Part shown: piece after piece, positions 57,049 through 64,000 of the stretch
How the letters are laid out: each line of letters opens with the position of its first letter
Numbering within the stretch: position 1 is the stretch's first letter
Source: Verrucomicrobiota bacterium
GTDB taxonomy: Bacteria > Verrucomicrobiota > Verrucomicrobiia > Limisphaerales > UBA11358
Assembly (NCBI GenBank): GCA_049522015.1
Contig: JBEKOG010000026.1
Location: 3,548-67,547, forward strand
DNA: 64,000 nt
Direction of reading: 5' to 3'
The notes under the pieces: model-generated
Seen by the model: the letters and a program-made list of their open reading frames with translations, nothing else
Databases searched by the model: none
Told to the model about the DNA's origin: nothing
Program-made: the position numbers and the translations under genes

Positions 57049-57645
57049 ATGAAAAGAGCATTTGTATTATTGACGGCAATGACACTGGTTTCCGCCGCGC
57101 TGGCCACCGAAATCAGCAAAACCGCCCCGGATTTCACGGCCACGGACATCAACGGCAAGGCAATCAAGCTCAGCGATTACAAGGGCAAGATTGTCGTGCT
57201 GGAATCCTACAACTCCGACTGCCCGTTTTGTAACAACCAATACAAGACCGGCGCGATGCAGGAGTTGGAAAAAGACATGGCCGCCAAGGGCGTCGTGTGG
57301 CTCATCGTCAATTCGGTGAACCCCAATAATCCCAGCCATCGCACACCCGACCAGGCCAAACAGGAAATCGCCGACAAAAAAATCATTGCGACAGCCTGGA
57401 TTGATGACAGTTCCGGCGCGGTTGGCCATCTCTACGACATGAAAACCACGCCGGACATGTATGTGATTGATAAGAACGGTGTGCTGGTTTATCAGGGCGC
57501 GATTGACAACAAACCCGATCCGCAGCATGACCCACACACCGCGCGCAACTATGTCCGCGAGGCCGTGGATGCCCTGATGGCCGGCAAACCGATTGAGGTG
57601 AGCCAGACCAAGCCCTACGGTTGCGGCGTTAAATACGCGAATTAA
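57049..57645 (+). CDS. Periplasmic TlpA-like thioredoxin-fold redoxin
   Basis: The start was set at 57049 (MKRAFVLLTAMTLVSAALA, a signal peptide). Motifs are 'APDFTATDINGKAIKLSDYKGKIVVLESYNSDCPFC' (a CxxC) and 'TPDMYVIDKNGVLVYQGAID'. Confidence 0.8.
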   Translation: MKRAFVLLTAMTLVSAALATEISKTAPDFTATDINGKAIKLSDYKGKIVVLESYNSDCPFCNNQYKTGAMQELEKDMAAKGVVWLIVNSVNPNNPSHRTPDQAKQEIADKKIIATAWIDDSSGAVGHLYDMKTTPDMYVIDKNGVLVYQGAIDNKPDPQHDPHTARNYVREAVDALMAGKPIEVSQTKPYGCGVKYAN

Positions 57646-57852
57646 ACCGCTTTTAAGAAAACAGTGCCAAGGAGTGGGCGCCATTAAACCGACGTCCTTT
57701 TTCTTTGACCCAGGTCAAACATCGGCTGATACGATCCAGGGGTTCAGTTCCTGGGAGCGCTGGCGTCTCGCCGGCGAGTTCTGGTTTTGGATCCCGACTG
57801 GCCAGCAGAACGCCGGCGCTCCCAAGAGGTTCATGGGGGAGATAAATCAAGC

Positions 57853-58335
57853 TTACCCCACGAGCGCGTGTTGCTTCCGGACATGCTCGAATAATTCTTC
57901 GGCCACGATATAGCCGGCGCAATCCGCCGCGCCGCAGCGGCAGGGATGTTCCCGGTAATCCTCCAGATCGTAGCCGTAGTTGAATGTGATTTCCTCACCG
58001 GCCCGGATGTCGCGCCGCGCCACAATCCAGATGCACCCGCCGTCCGGTTTCGCCTCGCAATTCGGGTCGCAACTGTGATTCAGGAAACGCGCCGGGTTCC
58101 ACGGCACATTGCCGTCGAGGTCGTGCGCGTCATCCAGCGAGAAAATGTATTCGTTGGCGGATTCGCACCGGCGCAGCGATTCGGCCTTGGTGATCTTTTC
58201 GCCTACGTATTCGATGACGCGCGTGCCGGCGGCAATGTCCATTTTGGCAAATCCACCGGTGCCGTGAATGACCGATTTGTGAAAGCAAACCAAAGCCATT
58301 TCCGCAACGGTTGAACTATTCAATGCAGACTGCAT
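57853..58335 (-). CDS. SET-domain protein (putative lysine methyltransferase)
   Basis: Motifs are 'GTRVIEYVGEKI', 'NPARFLNHSCDPNC', 'EEITFNYGY' and the post-SET 'CRCGAADCAGYI'. The start is uncertain (58335 or an internal Met). Confidence 0.8.
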   Translation of the reverse strand: MQSALNSSTVAEMALVCFHKSVIHGTGGFAKMDIAAGTRVIEYVGEKITKAESLRRCESANEYIFSLDDAHDLDGNVPWNPARFLNHSCDPNCEAKPDGGCIWIVARRDIRAGEEITFNYGYDLEDYREHPCRCGAADCAGYIVAEELFEHVRKQHALVG

Positions 58336-58361
58336 GATCACAAGTGACCGGTGCCTGATGC

Positions 58362-58790
58362 TTATTTGAAAAGCTGAACCTGTGTCAGGCCGGCAACGCG
58401 GGCCAGTTCCGCCTGGGCGGCGTCGCACGTGATGAACACTTCGGCGCGGACGTGTTGGGCGGCGGCAACGTGGACAAAATCCCAGGTGCCGGCGGCGGAG
58501 TTTGGAGCGTGACGCGCGCTCAATTCATCGCCCCATTCCAAAAGATCGGACAAACGTTGGAGGCCCAACTTCAGCCGTTGTGAGGTTTCGCTGGCACGGT
58601 AGGCCTGCCAGGCAATGGCGGCGTATTTGCCGGAGAGACGGCGAAGATTGTGCCGCAATTCAATTCGCAGCAGCGGATTCCAGCAAAACTCCGGCGCGCG
58701 TTCCCGGCTCCACGTTGTTACCGCCGGGGCAAATTCATCCGCCGGGTTGAACCAGGCGATCAGCGCGGAAGTGTCGGCGTAAATTTTCAT
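58362..58790 (-). CDS. vapC: PIN-domain toxin (VapC-like)
   Basis: The start was set at 58790 ('MKIYADTSALIAW'). A conserved acidic residue appears near the C-terminus ('FITCDAAQA'). An ATGA overlap joins it to the upstream small gene. Confidence 0.7.
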   Translation of the reverse strand: MKIYADTSALIAWFNPADEFAPAVTTWSRERAPEFCWNPLLRIELRHNLRRLSGKYAAIAWQAYRASETSQRLKLGLQRLSDLLEWGDELSARHAPNSAAGTWDFVHVAAAQHVRAEVFITCDAAQAELARVAGLTQVQLFK

Positions 58791-59035
58791 CGCCGACGGC
58801 GCTGGCGTTCCTGGAGAACGGGATTCGGCAGGCGGTCGGCGGCCTTGACGCTTTTTTGCGCCTGCCACACTTCGCCCATGATGTCCGCCCAGCCGCGCGA
58901 CTTGGGGACCGTCAAAGGCTCAATCCGCCCGATGGTGCGGCCATTGCGGGTGATGACCAAAGATTCGCCCTGCTCAAGCTGGTTCAAAACCGCTTTTGTT
59001 TCCTGGTGCAACTGTTTTGCCGTAATCGTGCTCAC
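58787..59035 (-). CDS. Phd/YefM-type antitoxin (putative)
   Basis: 'STITAKQLHQETKAVLNQLEQGESLVITRNGRTIGRIEP' fits the antitoxin N-terminal fold pattern. The start is uncertain (GTG at 59035 or ATG at 59065). Confidence 0.55.
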   Translation of the reverse strand: MSTITAKQLHQETKAVLNQLEQGESLVITRNGRTIGRIEPLTVPKSRGWADIMGEVWQAQKSVKAADRLPNPVLQERQRRRR

Positions 59036-59383
59036 GTGGAAAAAGTAACACCTCAAAAGTGTCACCGCAAGACTTTAAAAGCAAGGCCAGCCGCAGCCGG
59101 GCAGTTCGATGGAATTGGGTCGGGCCATGCGACATCGTAGCAGCCGATGTGAATCGGCTCAAACTTTTCGGCAATGCAGAAAAATTAAACCCTCCCTCAC
59201 CCCGGCCCTCGGACTAACATCCCGATTCGGAATCGGGACAAGGAGAGGGAGAATCATCCGCCGGCTCAGTGAAACACCTACGACTGAATTTACCGGATGG
59301 TTACCCGCAAAATAAAAACCTGACTACCGCTGTTCCTTCTCCCGGGGGAGAAGGTCAGGATGAGGGCAAGTGCCCAACCATTC

Positions 59384-60346
59384 TCAACTCTTCCGCCATT
59401 CCTTTTTCGGCGGCTCGGGCAAGCCCTGCGCCCGATAAGCCGTGCGGAAATGGACCTTGGCGATTTTCGGCAGATTCTCTGCGCCCTGCTCCACCACAAA
59501 TTTCTTCGCCGCCTCGTCCACGGCTGTCGATGCGCCTTTCGGCAGTTCCACATTGAATTCCTTTTCCAGTTTCGCCAGGCCTTTTACAAATCCGTCCCGC
59601 GCCAGGATGGATGCCGCCGCCACCGCCAGGTCCTCTTCCGCCCGATGATACTGCACCAGTTCAATCTCCCGGCCCAGCGACATCAACGCCTTCGCCACCA
59701 CGTCCTTGCTGGACGCGAACTGATCGCTGATGGCCTTGACCGGTGCGGGGTTCATTTGATGTCGCTGCCCCATCAAATTTTCAATCACGCGCGCGTGGCC
59801 CCACGCCAGGATCGTGTTCACGCTTTTCATTCTGGCATAAAGCCGGTTGTAAGCCTCGTTGCCAATCGTGACGATGTTCACCACACACCCGGGGGTTTTG
59901 CGGATCAGTTCCGCCAGCTCGCTGATTTTCTTGTCGCTGGAAATGTTTTTGGAATCGCGGATGCCGGCATCCTTCCACGCCTTGACAACATTTTCGTTGA
60001 TGTAAACCCCGGCGATGCACAGCGGACCGAAGAAATCGCCCTTGCCGCTTTCGTCCACGCCGATGCGCGGCAGCAGCAAATCGGGATTCAGCACCGTCTC
60101 GTATCCCAGCCGCGCCTGCTTCAGGACCTCCGGCTCCAGCACGAACTCGATGAATTCCTGAGTCCCCTTCCCCTGCACCACCAGCTTGCCGCTTTCGTAA
60201 AAGACCACGTTGATTTTGTCCTTTTCGCCGGCGAACCGCGCGTAGGGCACCGCGCGAAATTTGAAGCCACGCGAGCTCAGGGCGGTTTCAAGCGCCGACG
60301 CCTGTTCGTCGGTGAGCTTGCCCGTGTAGGAAGTCAGCGGTTTCAC
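59384..60346 (-). CDS. rnhC: Ribonuclease HIII
   Basis: The start was set at the GTG at 60346 (VKPLTSYTGKL..), because the listed upstream extension is repeat-encoded. The N-terminal substrate-binding domain is 'FKFRAVPYARFAGEKDKINVVFYESGKLVVQGKG'. The catalytic motif is 'GVDESGKGDFFGPLCIAGV'. Confidence 0.85.
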   Translation of the reverse strand: MKPLTSYTGKLTDEQASALETALSSRGFKFRAVPYARFAGEKDKINVVFYESGKLVVQGKGTQEFIEFVLEPEVLKQARLGYETVLNPDLLLPRIGVDESGKGDFFGPLCIAGVYINENVVKAWKDAGIRDSKNISSDKKISELAELIRKTPGCVVNIVTIGNEAYNRLYARMKSVNTILAWGHARVIENLMGQRHQMNPAPVKAISDQFASSKDVVAKALMSLGREIELVQYHRAEEDLAVAAASILARDGFVKGLAKLEKEFNVELPKGASTAVDEAAKKFVVEQGAENLPKIAKVHFRTAYRAQGLPEPPKKEWRKS

Positions 60347-60524
60347 TGAAAAAGGATAACCACAAAGAACACAAAGAACACAAAGTTTTTTGCACGACAG
60401 GTTTGGAGTCCCGCCTTTAGGCGGTTCTTCGGAAAATCGGCAATGCCGCCTGAAGGCGGGACTCCAAACGGGAAGACATCCCGACGATTGCATCCTGCCG
60501 CCGTGCCCGTAAAATTCAACTGTA

Positions 60525-60640
60525 ATGACACGCAGAAAGAACCGGCGCGTAACAAATCCGAAATCGTCACGGATTGTTCCAGCCTTGCTTGACTGGTTCT
60601 CCGCCAACGCCCGCGACCTGCCGTGGCGGCGCACGCGCGA
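60525..60640 (+). pseudogene. Isolated 5' fragment of a mutY-like gene
   Basis: It encodes ..ALLDWFSANARDLPWRRTRD and then loses similarity. It shares a 29-nt identical run (60606-60634 = 63665-63693) with the mutY 5' region at 63602 onward. Confidence 0.45.
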
Positions 60641-60641
60641 T

Positions 60642-60830
60642 ACCCTTACAATTGTCCTCAAGCCATTTCAGCCAATTTCCGTGTCTAACCAACTTTTTAA
60701 CCTCAATCAACTGCCGACCGGCGGCGATGGCGGCGGCGATTGCCTCCATGCCATGTTTTTTCGACGACCGATCAGCGTCTTCAACGGCCCTGTGGATGTC
60801 ACCGGTCACTTGAAAACCAGCCACGAAAGG
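60642..60830 (-). pseudogene. DUF3102-like gene fragment
   Basis: 'AIAAGRQLIEVKKLVRHGNWLKWLEDNC' resembles the DUF3102 core from memory. It is cut off where it abuts the mutY fragment, and there is no credible N-terminus. Confidence 0.3.
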
Positions 60831-60870
60831 TCGAATTGATCCGGCCACTGAGTTTGCATAAACGAAATAA

Positions 60871-60933
60871 GCATTTTCATTCCAAAAAGCTCCATAGCAG
60901 AGCGTTACGGGGAGTTTTTTGGAATGAAAATGC
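60871..60933. repeat. Perfect 18-bp inverted repeat, AT-rich
   Basis: GCATTTTCATTCCAAAAA (60871-60888) and TTTTTGGAATGAAAATGC (60916-60933) are separated by 27 nt. Confidence 0.8.
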
Positions 60934-61211
60934 GAACTTACGAAAATTGACTGGCTGGTTTGATTCGACCCTGGCTGGCCGGTTTGTGGTGACCGCTGAC
61001 ACTGTGGAGTTCCAAGATACTCTTGGCGTATCGTGGCGAGGTATGATTCGTCAGATGACAGAACCAGAACGCGGGAGGGAAAAATTGTCGGCAACGGAGA
61101 TTTGCGATTGTTCCAGCTTGGAAAAAACCAGCCCGAAAAATGAAAAACTCCACCGGTTTTATGGCCGGTGGAGGTTTTGCTGGTTAATTTACTTCGGGTT
61201 GCTCCAATGGA

Positions 61212-61862
61212 TTAACGCTGATGCCGACGCAAGAGAGTTATTCCGAACATGCCGAATGCCAGCAACCCCAAAGTCGATGGTTCAGGCACAGGCGCGTAAG
61301 CAACATCATCGAATTCAAATGCAGGTGTTGAAGTGGTGGCAACAACGCTCGAAAATGGAGTCGTGGAAGTAAAGTTGACATAAATGGTGTTCCACCCGTT
61401 AAACGATGAAATCAAATTACCAAAATCATTGCTAGTGACCGCACCGATGACGTTATTTGCGCTGTCGTAGAACGTAAGGGTGTCACTTGGGTCAACTGAC
61501 CCCCAAAGAATTCCCAAATAATTCTCTGGGGTTGCAAAACTGAGCCTCGCTGAACCACCGGGGTCAACGGCGACATATTGGCTGGCATCAAAACCACTGG
61601 AATCTACAGGTTCACCAAAATAAGACGCAGTGGAACCGTAGAAGAACGGCGTTGAACCTACAGATGAACTGCCCGTGAGAAGGTAGGCAGACCCGGACAG
61701 GGTCAAAATGGATGGCGATGGCTCGTCAAAAGTTTCCAGCGTGGGGTTGCTGAAGGATGGAAGACCATTGCTGGCGAGGGTATAGGAAATCTGCGCTTTG
61801 GCGATGTTTGGGGCGCTTAGAGCCAGAATACCTGCGATTGCGATTGATAGATGTTTTTTCAT
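61212..61862 (-). CDS. PEP-CTERM sorting-domain secreted protein
   Basis: It has a signal peptide (MKKHLSIAIAGILALSAPNIAKA). The C-terminus 'PVPEPSTLGLLAFGMFGITLLRRHQR' is a PEP-CTERM motif followed by a TM and a basic tail. Confidence 0.75.
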   Translation of the reverse strand: MKKHLSIAIAGILALSAPNIAKAQISYTLASNGLPSFSNPTLETFDEPSPSILTLSGSAYLLTGSSSVGSTPFFYGSTASYFGEPVDSSGFDASQYVAVDPGGSARLSFATPENYLGILWGSVDPSDTLTFYDSANNVIGAVTSNDFGNLISSFNGWNTIYVNFTSTTPFSSVVATTSTPAFEFDDVAYAPVPEPSTLGLLAFGMFGITLLRRHQR

Positions 61863-62152
61863 AGTTTGCTCCTGAGTTTTGATGTTGTTGATTTGATTTG
61901 AAGTGACTTATCAAAAGCGTGCAAACGCAGCCAAACGAACGCCGAAAACTGAGCCCCGCCGGGCCTGCGATGCCACCTTCTGATTAACTACGACATTACG
62001 CCGACTTCATTTTCTGTCCAGAAAAAGTTATCCACACCCTGAGATGTGCCTTCTATTGCTAATCTGATTGGCAGAAACCGTCTGCCTTTCCACGGTGTTA
62101 ATTAACACCCACTTTTGAGTTGCGGCGACAAGGCAAACAGCTTGCTGGTGGA

Positions 62153-63061
62153 TTAACGCTGATGCCGACGCAAGAGAGTTATCCCAAACATGCCGATGGC
62201 CAGCAACCCCAAAGCCGAGGGTTCAGGCACGGGCAAGGTTTCGCCTTGGAAGGCCAGTGCCGTGGGACCATTCAGACCAGAGGCAAATATGCTTTGACTG
62301 CCGTTTGGCGTGATTTCGGTAATGCTGTTACCTCCGTAATAGCCGTAATTTGCCACAAACAAATCGCCCGCGTTGTTAAATGCCAGTCCTATAGGATAAG
62401 ACAACCCAGAGGCAAAGAGGCTTCGGGTTCCGCTGGGAGTATATTCCCAAATGTTGCCCCTCTCGTTTTCCGATGCAAACAAATCGCCCGCACTATTAAA
62501 GGCCAATCCTTCAACCAAATCCAACCCGGAGGCAAAGACGCTTTGTGTTCCCGTCGGCGTGATTTCGACAATTTCGGTACCGCTCGCCACAAACAAATCG
62601 CCCGCATTGTTAAAGGCCAGTCCGATAGCATTCTTTACCCCGGAGGCAAAGATGCTTTCCGTTCCGTTGGGCGTGATTTCCGTGACGGTGCCGCCGCTTA
62701 TGCTTGTCACAAACAAATCGCCTGTGCTGTTGAAGGCTAGGCCATACGGGCTGGTCACCGAGGCAAAGGTGCTTTGCATTCCGCCTGATGTGAACTCATA
62801 AATGTTATCGCTCTTGCCATCCGTCTCAAACAAATCGCCCGCGTTGTTAAATGCCAGTCCCGTAGGGTAAGACAACCCCGTGGCAAAAGTGCTTTGCGTT
62901 CCGCTTGGCGTGAATTCATAGATGCTGCTGCTGCCCCCATCGGCTTCAAACAGATTCTGCGCCTGCGTGCTGGAGGCAATCAGCATGACCGCTGCCGCAC
63001 AGACCACTCCGCCAAATGAATGACACACGGTACGAATGATGGATTTGGATTTTGTTTTCAT
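62153..63061 (-). CDS. NHL-like repeat protein with a PEP-CTERM sorting domain
   Basis: It has six repeats of 'F.....P.GLAFN.AGDLFV' (an NHL/beta-propeller blade pattern). The C-terminus is 'PVPEPSALGLLAIGMFGITLLRRHQR'. Confidence 0.75.
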   Translation of the reverse strand: MKTKSKSIIRTVCHSFGGVVCAAAVMLIASSTQAQNLFEADGGSSSIYEFTPSGTQSTFATGLSYPTGLAFNNAGDLFETDGKSDNIYEFTSGGMQSTFASVTSPYGLAFNSTGDLFVTSISGGTVTEITPNGTESIFASGVKNAIGLAFNNAGDLFVASGTEIVEITPTGTQSVFASGLDLVEGLAFNSAGDLFASENERGNIWEYTPSGTRSLFASGLSYPIGLAFNNAGDLFVANYGYYGGNSITEITPNGSQSIFASGLNGPTALAFQGETLPVPEPSALGLLAIGMFGITLLRRHQR

Positions 63062-63168
63062 AGGGTCTCATAGGTTCAAGTTTCTTTCCTGACTGATTAA
63101 TTGCGATTCTACGCCACCACCAATTCCTGTCCAGAATAAGTTGTTCACATCACAACGGGTGCTTTCTG

Positions 63169-63480
63169 TTGCGAATCCGACTGGAAGAGAAAGCCGGCCT
63201 TCCCGATGTTGACGACACCCTTCAAGCCGTGTTTGACCAAGGGCACGAAGTCGGTGCGTTTGCCAAGAAAATGTTCCCCGATGGTGTTGAAGTGGAAGTT
63301 GACCCCACCGATTTTGAGGGCGCAATCCAGTTGACCCAAAAACATCTTCCGTCAAAGCGGCCGATTTTTGAGGCCACACTTTCGGCCAACGGTGGATTCG
63401 CCCGTTCCGACATTTTGAATCCGGTCAGCAAAAACGAATGGGATTTAATTGAGGTCAAATCCACCACGTCATTGAAGGAT
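63169..63480 (+). pseudogene. DUF2779/RecB-like nuclease gene fragment
   Basis: '..FEATLSANGGFARSDILNPVSKNEWDLIEVKSTTSLKDVHIPDLAFQAWV' resembles the DUF2779 core (a PD-(D/E)xK-type EVK motif) from memory. It lacks the family's N- and C-terminal parts, and the rest of the listed ORF is out-of-frame read-through over mutY. Confidence 0.4.
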
Positions 63481-63601
63481 GTTCACATTCCTGACTTGGC
63501 ATTTCAGGCGTGGGTGTCGGTACGGTTAAACCGATTCACGATGTTGACGGCCAAAAGGGTCTGGTCTTGCGTTTGGACGTTTTTTATCTGTATTTGGTGT
63601 G

Positions 63602-64000
63602 GTGACATTGAATCGGCGAAAAATCACTGCCATTGTTTCAAAATTGCTGGATTGGTTTTCGCAAAACGCCCGCGACCTGCCGTGGCGGCGCACCCGCGAT
63701 CCCTACGCCATCTGGGTCTCCGAAATCATGCTCCAGCAGACCCAGGTCAAGACGGTCATGCCGTATTGGGAACGCTGGATGCGCGAACTGTCCACCGTCC
63801 AAGCCGCCGCCAATGCGAGTCCGGACAAAATCCACAAGCTTTGGGAGGGCCTCGGCTATTACACCCGCGCCCGCAACCTGCAAAAGGCGGCGCGGCAAAT
63901 CATGGAGAAACACGGCGGCAAATTTCCGGATAACTTCGATGCCGTGGTCGCTTTGCCGGGAATCGGGCGTTACACCGCCGGCGCGATTTGCAGCATTGCG
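63602..64000 (+). CDS. mutY: A/G-specific adenine glycosylase, with its 3' end outside the window
   Basis: A GTG at 63602 opens a frame reading 'LLDWFSQNARDLPWRRTRDPYAIWVSEIMLQQTQVKTVMPYWERWM..LWEGLGYYTRARNLQKAA..LPGIGRYTAGAICSIA' (HhH-GPD motifs). The frame is open to the window edge. Confidence 0.8.
   Translation, partial: MTLNRRKITAIVSKLLDWFSQNARDLPWRRTRDPYAIWVSEIMLQQTQVKTVMPYWERWMRELSTVQAAANASPDKIHKLWEGLGYYTRARNLQKAARQIMEKHGGKFPDNFDAVVALPGIGRYTAGAICSIA

Noticed and set aside
63169-63933. The full 254-aa ORF as a single gene.
   Set aside because: Only the first ~100 residues look like a DUF2779 fragment. The remainder is an out-of-frame overlap with mutY, whose own frame (from 63602) carries the diagnostic motifs.

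Overview
This is a 64-kb window from a high-GC bacterial chromosome that is unusually rich in hairpin (REP-like) repeats. PEP-CTERM proteins and repeat-encoded peptides of the HHSITP, GGTPN and GTGFQPV type suggest a Verrucomicrobiota/PVC-like organism, but that is inference only. Recognisable housekeeping genes are uvrB, trmB, tRNA-Pro(GGG), a beta-carbonic anhydrase, a PspC/flotillin/NfeD cluster, an E2-E3 (lpdA) pair, rnhC and the 5' part of mutY. Accessory content includes an ECF sigma/anti-sigma envelope operon, a 2-hydroxyacyl-CoA-dehydratase-like cluster with its activase, dsbD plus a TlpA-like redoxin, a VapBC pair and two PEP-CTERM proteins. The main result is a selenium island at about 32.3-53.8 kb. 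It holds selA, selB, a selD fusion and tRNA-Sec (selC), surrounded by five paralogous signal-peptide proteins that I cannot assign to any family. Each of their listed ORFs ends at a TGA inside a conserved motif F-G-[TGA]-(G/D)-G-x-C-x-x-S-W-R-x-P. In every case the frame stays open and conserved after the TGA. A 6-bp stem with an invariant AUGGC loop lies 14 nt downstream and shows compensatory base changes between paralogs, as expected for a bacterial SECIS. In two paralogs, reading the TGA as selenocysteine fuses the exported domain to a polytopic membrane domain of about 280 aa that the ORF track lists as a separate ORF. Several hairpin repeats also sit in frame inside conserved genes (uvrB, selA, selD, dsbD, a dehydratase-family gene). 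All calls come from reading the sequence and the ORF translations; no searches were run.
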